64,000 nucleotides of DNA, taken from positions 96,001 to 160,000 of the IMG/VR virus record IMGVR_UViG_3300035522_000179; one strand, given 5' to 3'. Below the pieces are notes generated by a model that saw only the letters and a program-made list of their open reading frames with translations, did not search any database and was not told the origin of the DNA. Below are positions 38,029 through 47,500 of this stretch, one piece after another. The first letter of the stretch is position 1, and every line of letters starts with the position of its first letter. A program made the translations under genes and the position numbers. The stretch is from a virus. Lineage: Duplodnaviria; Caudoviricetes.

Positions 38029-38571
38029 ATGAGTAGATTTGATGAATTATATGATGTAGTAATGGAAGCAAATGCATATAATAAATATGCAAATAAATTA
38101 CAGGATGCCTTTAATAAAGATCCATATGATGATAAAGTAACTGATGATTGGGAAGATTTTTGGCATGAAACCAATAAATTGATGAGGGTTGGTGGATCTC
38201 CTAGTGCTCACAATCCTATATATAACAGAAAAGGAAATCCTGATGACAGGGAGCACGCTAGACTCGGGAAGAAAGCCTGGATGAAAAATCATGGAGATGT
38301 TGGAAGATCTCCAGAAAATCGATACAGAAGAGGAAGATATTTCGACGAACAAAAAAGAATTGACAGCTCAAATAAAAACGATCCCTACCGCATCCGGCTT
38401 CGCTTTAAGGCTCCTGATGTTCGTGATATTAAAGATAGACTCGAGGAAAACAGGAAATCCTTAAATGGAACGAAGGAATCCGTGGATGATATCAAGTTGG
38501 AGATTTATGAGTCTTGTCGGTATGGAGAAATTTCAGAAGAAGAAAGAGATTTACTTTTGGAAATGATTTAG
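38029..38571 (+). CDS. hydrophilic protein with conserved C-terminal tag (copy C)
   Basis: AAGGAGG RBS; ends KESVDDIKLEIYESCRYGEISEEERDLLLEMI. Confidence 0.85.
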   Translation: MSRFDELYDVVMEANAYNKYANKLQDAFNKDPYDDKVTDDWEDFWHETNKLMRVGGSPSAHNPIYNRKGNPDDREHARLGKKAWMKNHGDVGRSPENRYRRGRYFDEQKRIDSSNKNDPYRIRLRFKAPDVRDIKDRLEENRKSLNGTKESVDDIKLEIYESCRYGEISEEERDLLLEMI

Positions 38572-38574
38572 TAT

Positions 38575-38615
38575 AAAAAAGAAGGAGTGATATTTTTCAC
38601 TCCTTCTTTTTCTTT
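38575..38615. terminator. bidirectional intrinsic terminator
   Basis: AAAAAGAAGGAGTGA-tattt-TTCACTCCTTCTTTTT. Confidence 0.85.
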
Positions 38616-38998
38616 TAGTCATCTACGATCAAAACTGACCGTTCTTTTAACTTGTTTCCACGGTATCCGATTACTTTGTACACATCATAGTTCTTTGTAA
38701 TGATTCGATCTCCTTCTGCGGCAAGAAGTCCGTCCATGATCGCCGGTCTTTCGTTCGTGCTATGGAAGTTGCTTTCCGGGAAATCGTATAAGGTTTCCCT
38801 TTGATCAACGAATCTTCCTTTGTTGGATTTCTGGAATCCCAACACATCATTCCATGTATCCATTGGATATTCCTTAATTAAGATTAAGTTCTTCGGAACA
38901 TCATCCACCAGGATTGCCAGTGTCTCAATTCCCAGTTTGTTCCTTTTTGGAAAAGGCTTTATTTTTGTAATCGGACTACCTTTCATGAAGTGTAACAT
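38615..38998 (-). CDS. hypothetical early protein (start revised to ATG 38998)
   Basis: AAGGAGG RBS before MLHFMK; early motif at 39037-39045. Confidence 0.75.
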   Translation of the reverse strand: MLHFMKGSPITKIKPFPKRNKLGIETLAILVDDVPKNLILIKEYPMDTWNDVLGFQKSNKGRFVDQRETLYDFPESNFHSTNERPAIMDGLLAAEGDRIITKNYDVYKVIGYRGNKLKERSVLIVDD

Positions 38999-39098
38999 TT
39001 TTGTCTCCTCCTTCAATATGTATTTTATTCCACAGGAATAATATATCACTCAAGAAAAGAAATCATCGTTTTTATAGAAGGTGTGAAATTAACCTGAA

Positions 39099-39110
39099 AA
39101 CAATTTTTTA
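39099..39110 (+). promoter_or_regulatory. late-type promoter AACA-N6-TA
   Basis: AACAATTTTTTA upstream of the virion RNAP gene. Confidence 0.6.
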
Positions 39111-39136
39111 ACGTTAAGGAAAGAAGGTGACAATTC

Positions 39137-42100
39137 ATGATATATACCAATGATGTCCCCGAACTTGTCTTGTTTTCAAAGAGGGTTTTCCTTCCCAAAG
39201 GAGAACCACCAACAAGAGGGACTCTGATATATCACTACACCGAATCAGTTTCAGATACCATTGCGGAAATAGAAAATCCGCTTAACTACACTCCACAGAG
39301 TGCTGCAATGTATCGATTCTATTTCTATACCATGACCTATTCTGGAAAGATTAAGAATCGAAGATTTTTTATTAAAGATGTAAAAGAGAAGAAAGACATT
39401 TATACGAAAATAAAAGACGAAACGAACTTAAAGACAGTTCCTACGATTACTTTAAGTGATTTTAATATGAACTGTTATTTTGAGATGTCTAAGTATCTTC
39501 AGATCTATTACAATATGACCGAAAAGATTGACTGTAAATCCAAAGTGCTTATCTTTTGGGATTATTTAACAAAGATTTTAGAAGACCCTACGACATCAAA
39601 TTATAAAACAAAAGTTCTTTTAATTAATGCAGATCGATATGATAATGCATTCAAAGGGAAATTAAAAGAGAAACTTAGAAATCCGTTGTTTATGATTTAC
39701 TATACCCTCTTAAAAGATCCTTCCATTTGTGCAAAGTTTGACCATGATATCTTCATTTATTATAAGAATCGATCTATTCGAATCAACCCTGCTCATGCAG
39801 AGAAATCAAAAACTGCTGCAAGATTTAAAACCTTGCTTTTACAGTTACTCTCTCATGTGTCAAGGGATATTGTTGCTTCTACGGATGAGACCTCGATTCA
39901 AAGTGATGAGAAAGAGGAAGTGGTAAAAGAGATTATCACAAAAGAATACAATCCTCATTCCCAAACAGTAATGAATCAGACCATGAATGTTGAAGCACTC
40001 CCTTCGGTCATCAATAAAGAAGAGGAGCAGAAGGAAGAACCAAAAGAAGATACCAAAGAAAAGAAGTTAGCAGAAGATATTGACAAATCTCTGAATAAGA
40101 AAGCAGAAGAGATTTCTGCGGATGTATCCAGTGAGGAAGAAGCAAAGAGATTAGCAGAAGAAGCCATTCAAAACGATAAAGAGCTTCTTTCCAAATTGTA
40201 CGATCAAGCAGTAGCAGATAACAAACCAACCTCTTCTGCTTCTACTGCAAGAGATAAAAAGATACGTGAAGAACAAGGAAAGATCGTCGTTGGAAATATG
40301 TCGATTGATAAAATTCGTTCGGTTCAGTCTACCCATATGCCGATTCCGGAATCTGACGTATCCAACGTTATGAAAACAACCAATGACAATATGAAGCATA
40401 AGAAGTTTTCAAACTTCGAGCAAACCTATACAGAAAAAGTATTTCCGAAAGATATGGTAAATGCATTTGCTTCCTTAAACGATAAATCCATTCCCATGAC
40501 GATTATTAAGTATGATGTGAAAGATACATCGGATGAGTTAAATTACAAAGATACTTATACGGTAGTACTAGAAGATGTCAATAGACAGCGTCATACCATT
40601 TCTGTTGATATTCCGAAGTTTATTGATAATCGTTATATGTGGATTGGTGGAAGTAAGAAGATGATTCTTTATCAGAACTTCTTATATCCTGTGGTAAAGT
40701 CTGGTCCGGATGAGGTTCAGATTGTAACCAATTACAACAAGATGTTTATTGCGAGAAAAGGAACCAAGTCCATTAGTTCCTTGGAAAGATTAAATAAGTT
40801 CATTCAGGCAGAAAGTCTTTCGGAAAAATACTTTATCCCTGGATATGCTGTAAAATTAAATGCTGAGTATATCACAACCGTAGAGTACGATGAACTATCA
40901 AAGCAGTTTCTTCGTTTCGAGAACGGAAATACCATTCTTTATTTTAGTCAAGCACAAGCAATTGAAGCGGCTGCAAAGAAAGGAATTACCATTGGTGATA
41001 ATGAGATCTTTATTGGGTTTTTCAAAGGAACTCCAGTAACGATTGATCAAAATACACAGAGAACTGGAAATGATAAATCCATTACGGATATTATTATTGA
41101 GTCTCTTCCAGAAGAGTTACAGATTGCTTATGAGAAAACGAAAGCTCCTAAGAGACTTCTGTATTCCGTTGCTACTACCATGAGACAGCCAGTAGCACTT
41201 GGATTGCTTCTTGGATTCTGGGAAGGATTATCCAGTGTGATGAAGAATCTTGGAATTGAGTATACCCTGGAGACAAAAGCTCCCAGTCATTTAAAGGCTG
41301 GTCAGAACTATTTACAGTTTGCTGATTGTACTTTGGTCTATTCCGAAACCATTGCGCAGTCTTTGGTAATGAATGGATTTCGAGCAATCGAAACGATTCA
41401 GTATAAGATTACCGAAATGGAAACCAAAGAGCCTTACATGGATTATTTGGTAAAGGTTTATGGAAAACGTAGTATCGCAAATGCACTTATGAACGTCTAC
41501 GAGTTTACCATTGACCCGATTACGAAAGAGATTTTGGAAGATTTGAATCTTCCTACTACTTTGGTTCCTTTGTGTATTTATGCAAACTCTTTGCTTGCAG
41601 ATTCTCAGTATACTCCGGACTATAACCAGAAATTATGTCGTATTCGTAGTTCTGAGATCGTTCCTTCGATTCTTTATGATGCAATTGCAAAGCAGTATAT
41701 TGTGTATAAGAACTCCAATGGGAAAAAGAAATTATCTCTTCCGAAGGATATCGTGATCAATCGATTACTAGAACTTCCTACAGTAGAAGATGTTTCTACG
41801 TTGAATCCTTTGTTGGAGATGGAAAGAAAACATACTACGATGTATAAAGGTTGGAGAGGAATTAACTCTGATCATACTTATACTCAGGATAAGCGAGTTT
41901 ATGATGATTCCATGATTGGCATTATTGGACTTGCAACATCCCCTGATGGTTCCGTTGGCGTACAGAAAGTATTGACTATGGAACCCAATGTTGTATCCGC
42001 TAGAGGATACTTAAAAGTAACAAATGATGAGAAGGAGTTAAAAGATGTCAATCTTTATTCTCCTGCAGAAATGCTCTGTCCTCTTGGTCCTACAAGAGAT

Positions 42101-44038
42101 GACCCTACACGAACAGGTCATGGTGTAAAACAGTCAAAGCACGTCATCCCTGTAAAGCATTCTTCTCCAGTCTTAATCTCAAATGGTGCAGAAGAATCCG
42201 TTCGATTTGATTTATCGTCTTCCTTTGTGATTAACGCAAAAGAAGATGGAACTGTTGTAGATGAAATCGTAGATAAGAATGGTGAAGTAACGATGCTTAT
42301 TTGTGAGTACAAAGATGGTACTCATCAAGCAATTGATTTGTCTCCGAAGATTGAGAAAAACGGTGGTGGTGGTTTCTACCTTTCAAACCGGATGCAATCC
42401 AATCTTCGTGTGGGAATGAAGTTTAAGAAGAATGATATGCTTGCTTGGCATAAAGATTTCTTCAAAGCGGGTCAGTATACTGGAAACCGAATGAACATGG
42501 GAACTATGGTAAAGATTGGAATTTTGTCTACGTACAATACGTATCAGGACTCCACTGTCATTACGGAAAAGATGTCCCATGAGATGGCAACGGAAATGGC
42601 ATTTAACCGACAAGTTGTAATTGGTAAAAATGCTACCGTGGACTTTATCGCAAACGTTGGAGATCGTGTTCAGATTGGATCTTCTTTGATTCAGTTTGAT
42701 ACTTCTTATGAAGACAACGAACTCAATAAGTTATTAAGTACTCTTTCCGATGAATTAAAAGAAGGAGTTATGGAGAATAGTAGAAACAACATCAAATCAA
42801 AAACCGCTGGGGTGATTGAAGATATCAAGATGTATTCTACCGTAGACTTAGAGGAGCTTAGCCCTTCTCTTAGAGCAATCTTTTCGAAGTATTATAAGAA
42901 AATCAACGAAAAGAAAAAGATGCTTTCGAAATATGACCCAAATGATTCCATTATGAAGTGTGGTGTGCTGTTTACCGAAACTACTGGTAAAGTAACTCCG
43001 AACAAATATGGAATGGTAAAAGGTCAGAAACTAGAAGATGGTGTGTTGATCGAGTTTTATATCAAGCACGAAGAGTATTTGGAGATTGGATCGAAGGTGG
43101 CGTATTTTACTGGTTTGAAAGCTACGATTGGTGAAGTGATTCCCGGAGGATACGAACCTTATTCGGAGTTTCGAAAGGATGAAGAAGTAAGTACTCTAAT
43201 CGCTTCCAACTCCGTATTGAAGCGTATGACCCCTTCCATTCTTCTTACCAGTTTTGGAAACAAATGTATTGTGGAATTGAAGAGATCTCTTAAAACCATC
43301 TTTGACCGAACACCTGATGATATAAAGTGTAAAGAAGAGATGTTATCTCTGATTTGTAGATTTTTCACTGCATTTGACAAGACAAAAACGAACACGAATA
43401 AGTATAAATCGATGTTTGAACCTATGACTCCTCCTGCATTTAGAAAGTGGTTTCGAGGGTTCTTTGAAGATGAAGATGCTTATTTGATTTTGGATATTGT
43501 AGATTACGAAAGAACGATTACCTTTGATGATATTGACCGCGCTGCGAAAGTAATTAACGTTCCTTTGTTTGAATATGTATATCTCCCTCATGTAACTATG
43601 GATAAAACCAGAATCATTCGTACAAGGGAGAAAGTTCCAGTTGGATATATTCACGTAAAGAGAACACAGCAAACGGTTGCAAAAAAGAACGGTATTTCTA
43701 CTTCCAGTAATATCCGTTCTGCGATGACAGGACAGGTAACTGGTGCAGATAAGAACGGACGAGAATCCGATCTGGAAAACTCCATGTTGGTTGCTCTGGA
43801 TATGCAAAACTGCTTAAAAGAGCTCAATGGTCCTCGAGCTGATGACATGGTTGCAAAAAGAGAAATGCTTTCGGATATTGCAAAACAAGGATATGTAAAA
43901 TATAGTGATTTGACTTATGATGTGAATAATAAGACAACACTTAATACGGTAGATACCTATTTCCTTGGAATGGGTATTAAAACAGATCTTGTGACAAAGG
44001 GACTTATGTTAAACTCCACTTTGAAGAAAGATATGTAA
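39137..44038 (+). CDS. rpoB: virion RNA polymerase beta-like subunit (1633 aa) with N-terminal extension
   Basis: TSPDGSVG, DDPTRT..KQSKH, YNTYQDS, EIGSKVAYFTGLK, RSAMTGQV..KNGRESDLE correspond to conserved beta motifs; late promoter upstream. Confidence 0.85.
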   Translation: MIYTNDVPELVLFSKRVFLPKGEPPTRGTLIYHYTESVSDTIAEIENPLNYTPQSAAMYRFYFYTMTYSGKIKNRRFFIKDVKEKKDIYTKIKDETNLKTVPTITLSDFNMNCYFEMSKYLQIYYNMTEKIDCKSKVLIFWDYLTKILEDPTTSNYKTKVLLINADRYDNAFKGKLKEKLRNPLFMIYYTLLKDPSICAKFDHDIFIYYKNRSIRINPAHAEKSKTAARFKTLLLQLLSHVSRDIVASTDETSIQSDEKEEVVKEIITKEYNPHSQTVMNQTMNVEALPSVINKEEEQKEEPKEDTKEKKLAEDIDKSLNKKAEEISADVSSEEEAKRLAEEAIQNDKELLSKLYDQAVADNKPTSSASTARDKKIREEQGKIVVGNMSIDKIRSVQSTHMPIPESDVSNVMKTTNDNMKHKKFSNFEQTYTEKVFPKDMVNAFASLNDKSIPMTIIKYDVKDTSDELNYKDTYTVVLEDVNRQRHTISVDIPKFIDNRYMWIGGSKKMILYQNFLYPVVKSGPDEVQIVTNYNKMFIARKGTKSISSLERLNKFIQAESLSEKYFIPGYAVKLNAEYITTVEYDELSKQFLRFENGNTILYFSQAQAIEAAAKKGITIGDNEIFIGFFKGTPVTIDQNTQRTGNDKSITDIIIESLPEELQIAYEKTKAPKRLLYSVATTMRQPVALGLLLGFWEGLSSVMKNLGIEYTLETKAPSHLKAGQNYLQFADCTLVYSETIAQSLVMNGFRAIETIQYKITEMETKEPYMDYLVKVYGKRSIANALMNVYEFTIDPITKEILEDLNLPTTLVPLCIYANSLLADSQYTPDYNQKLCRIRSSEIVPSILYDAIAKQYIVYKNSNGKKKLSLPKDIVINRLLELPTVEDVSTLNPLLEMERKHTTMYKGWRGINSDHTYTQDKRVYDDSMIGIIGLATSPDGSVGVQKVLTMEPNVVSARGYLKVTNDEKELKDVNLYSPAEMLCPLGPTRDDPTRTGHGVKQSKHVIPVKHSSPVLISNGAEESVRFDLSSSFVINAKEDGTVVDEIVDKNGEVTMLICEYKDGTHQAIDLSPKIEKNGGGGFYLSNRMQSNLRVGMKFKKNDMLAWHKDFFKAGQYTGNRMNMGTMVKIGILSTYNTYQDSTVITEKMSHEMATEMAFNRQVVIGKNATVDFIANVGDRVQIGSSLIQFDTSYEDNELNKLLSTLSDELKEGVMENSRNNIKSKTAGVIEDIKMYSTVDLEELSPSLRAIFSKYYKKINEKKKMLSKYDPNDSIMKCGVLFTETTGKVTPNKYGMVKGQKLEDGVLIEFYIKHEEYLEIGSKVAYFTGLKATIGEVIPGGYEPYSEFRKDEEVSTLIASNSVLKRMTPSILLTSFGNKCIVELKRSLKTIFDRTPDDIKCKEEMLSLICRFFTAFDKTKTNTNKYKSMFEPMTPPAFRKWFRGFFEDEDAYLILDIVDYERTITFDDIDRAAKVINVPLFEYVYLPHVTMDKTRIIRTREKVPVGYIHVKRTQQTVAKKNGISTSSNIRSAMTGQVTGADKNGRESDLENSMLVALDMQNCLKELNGPRADDMVAKREMLSDIAKQGYVKYSDLTYDVNNKTTLNTVDTYFLGMGIKTDLVTKGLMLNSTLKKDM

Positions 44039-44040
44039 AA

Positions 44041-44085
44041 TAAAAAGAACTACTTAGGAAAAATCCTAAGTAGTTCTTTTGTTTT
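44041..44085. terminator. bidirectional intrinsic terminator
   Basis: AAAAGAACTACTTAGGA-aaaa-TCCTAAGTAGTTCTTTT. Confidence 0.85.
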
Positions 44086-44552
44086 TATTTAGACTCTTCA
44101 GTAGTTGCTTCCTTTGTTGTTTCTTCTTCAGAAGCTTCTTTACTCTCTTCAGTAGTTGCTTCCTCTGAAGTCTCCTGATTCTTCATCTCTTCAGCGAAAG
44201 TCTTTCTCTTTTCAGCAAAGTAATCATACTGGTCTTTTCTGAAGATGGTAGGTTTTACGGTCTCCTCTTCTTCATCCGTAATAATCTTATCTTCTTCCAC
44301 ATCGTAGAACTTACCGACAAAGACCCTCTTTTTCTCTGCTACATAAATGTAGTCTTCATGAATTGTATAAACGTTATCACCAATTACAACTCTGGTGTAT
44401 CCTTTATCGTATGTCTGAAGTTCATAGTCAGAACTACAAACGTCAATCCATCTATCTTTGTTTTTCAATACATATCCCCAGGCAATGCATTCTCCTTTTT
44501 TGGATTCTTCCAATGTCAGGGGTAAAAAGTAGTAGTCATAAGGGACATTCAT
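44085..44552 (-). CDS. hypothetical protein with acidic tail (155 aa)
   Basis: ORF downstream of nrdD with AAGG RBS-like site. Confidence 0.75.
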   Translation of the reverse strand: MNVPYDYYFLPLTLEESKKGECIAWGYVLKNKDRWIDVCSSDYELQTYDKGYTRVVIGDNVYTIHEDYIYVAEKKRVFVGKFYDVEEDKIITDEEEETVKPTIFRKDQYDYFAEKRKTFAEEMKNQETSEEATTEESKEASEEETTKEATTEESK

Positions 44553-44584
44553 ACTTTTCTTACCTTTTCACCTTTCTTATATTT

Positions 44585-47500
44585 TTACATGGATTTTCTT
44601 TCCTTAATCTCAGCCATCTTCGCAGCGTTCAATCTTGTCTGACCATGGACTCTGGAATAGGAAAGATATCCATTCATTCTTTCAATGGATACGATATTCT
44701 CGCTTCCACACTTAGGGCAAACATCCGTATCCGTACTTTCATGTCCGCATTCTTCGCAATAGCAGAGTTTGAAGTTTACTCCTTCATAAAGACCCATTTT
44801 CATTGCTCTGCGTACATAAGTACGAATGGCTTCCAAGTTGTAGTTGCAAGTATATTTTACATATTGGATTCTTCCGCCCTGGAACAAATCCCAGTAAGAA
44901 GCTTCCTTATCCTGTTTTTCGATTCCATCCATTTCCTCTGTAACATGACAGTGGAAGGAATTGCTTACATAATCTCGATCCGAAACGTTTTCAATAATTC
45001 CATACTTTTGTCTAAACTGAGTAACCTGAGTTCCACAGTTATGAACCAGAACTCCAGCGTCACCAATTAAGAAGTTATGGGTATCCAGTACTTCCAAATT
45101 GTAAACATCACAAGGATCATCTAAGAACTTCACCGATTTTACATAAGTACATTTTGCTTCACTTGCAAAGTTTACGTAGAAGGTCATCAAAACATCATTC
45201 TCTTGGAGATACTGTGCTTCTACATATCCAATACAATCATTTCCTCTTACGGCAAAAGGATGATCGGAGGTACAAATAAATTTATCTCCATCCGAAGTTT
45301 CTACTTCTACAACTCTTGCTCCTTTTTGTGTTAGGGAGGAAGCTACTACCGTTCTTAACTTAAATCGATTTGCATCATGATCATAGCTATACACCAGATC
45401 CCCTGCTTTTACATCTTTGATACATTTCTTTACACTTCCGTCAGAATCAATTCCACTTACCCACACTTTGGTGTCTCCAGCAAAACACAAACTCTCTGCA
45501 GGAGTTCCATAAATACCGTAAGCAATGTGGTCTTCTTTCTTAAACTCCAAAGCTTTCTTGTTAATGTATTCCATAACCTGTCTCGGAAATTCACCGTCTT
45601 CACGAATGGATTTCTTATTGTAGATTCGGTTTAATTCATTTAACGCAGTAATACCAAAACTTGCAGTTGCCTGATCAAGTAACGGTTTGATCTTATCACT
45701 AGGATTCAAATGACCACCATGAATCCCACCCTGGCAAAATGCCAAAGGATTCGTGGATGCTCTCATCTCACCAAGGTATTCTTTTGTCTTCACATGAACG
45801 TCCCTAGCGAGTTCCAAATATTCATCCAAAACTTCATAGAAGTCTCGGCTTTCCTGTTGTGCTTTCATATAAATCATCGGAAGATTTAAAGAAACCACAC
45901 CCATATTGAATCTTCCTGTAAAGTAAGGACGATCCTCTTCATCTGCCGGTTCAAATCCTCCTCTTTCATAATAAGGAGAAAGGAAGGAACGACAGTTATG
46001 AGAATAGATTCCAGATACATCAAAATGATCAGAATCTGTTGTAACATCGTAACTATAATCAAAATAGTTGTCACGATGTTTGATTTCAATAACCGTACCA
46101 TCCACAAAGGGTTCTGAATTACTGGATGGCTTAGACGATACATAATTCTTCTTATCTTCTATTACAATATAATTCTTCAAATCATCGATCAAATGGGCAT
46201 GTACGGTGTACGTGTCCTTTCCATAGTTTACTTCTGCTTGCATTCCAACCGATTGCATCAAAGCCATAATTTGAAGAATCAATTCCTTACCAGAACTTGA
46301 CAAGGTAATAGAAACAGTGGAATCCAAAGTCCACTTCATAATCACTCCAGCATACTCAATAAGCCCTGCTAAAAACGCAAGTTTGCATTCTCTACTTGAC
46401 CTGAAGATAATACTAGGAATAATCCGCATCTCTACATTCTGAGATGCAAATAATATCATCAATTTAGCAAGAGATGGTCTGCTATCAAATTTATAAATCG
46501 TGGATGATCTTTTATGGGGATAAGGATAATAATCTGTTCCTATCTCCGGTCCAATTTTTGAAAAATTCTTTTCCAATTCATTGAAAAATTTTTCCGTATA
46601 CTCTTTGGGTACATTCTCCGGAACTGCTATAGAATCGGTACGCTCATCTAAAGCAAGCAACAGCGTTCCTAACATCCAAGAAAAATCCGGTGTTATATCA
46701 TAATCGTTTACCCAGGTATGAACGTCATCCGTGATATCATCAGACACTTCGTTGTATTGGGTTGTGATAACGGGTATCACATCTCCAATTGAAATCTGAT
46801 CTGCTCTTGTTCTTCCTTTTCCTTTTACGGGGAAGGGATGATCCGGTGTACAAGTAATAACACGTCCGTTTTCCAAGGTAAGAGTAATCCATGACCTTGT
46901 TTCATTACGAACCATTCGACTCACATTCACGAATCCATTTTTTGAATCATAAATCTGAACGTCCATCAAGTCCATATAAAGATGGGATTCCCCTTCAATT
47001 TGAGGCATTGTACTGAATACTTTACGGATTCGACTCCACATTCTGGAGATGGATTCCACATAAAGATTTCCCTCAAACTTATAAGTTACTATTTCTTTTC
47101 CATCTACACAACCCATAGGAGCAATGATTTCTCCATAGTTGTGATACATCTCTGCAATGGTGGTATTACCATCCAAAGACAAATAATCGGGATACATTGC
47201 TTTGGAACTACACTTTACAGCGAGTTCAAATAAATCTTCCAGAGGTTTTCCTTCTCCGTGAAGATCTTCGGTATAAGTGAAAACAAGTTTCGGGAAAAGG
47301 ACTGCTCTTTTCTTTCCGGGAGCTCCCTGTCCACCCATTCTTGTTTCCAAACATTTTCTTGCTGCTAATACAGCAAATTTATCTGTCGATGCACCGATAG
47401 TAAATGTAGTAAAAGGGTAATCCCCTCTACTACTTGCAACGGTGTTTAATTTTATTTCCAGACCCTGGAATCCCTGTTCCATATCTCTTTCCAAGGTTGC

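Noticed and set aside
29867-38571. Tag repeats as diversity-generating retroelement TR/VR
   Set aside because: Differences are mostly synonymous and not restricted to adenines, and no reverse transcriptase is present in the window.
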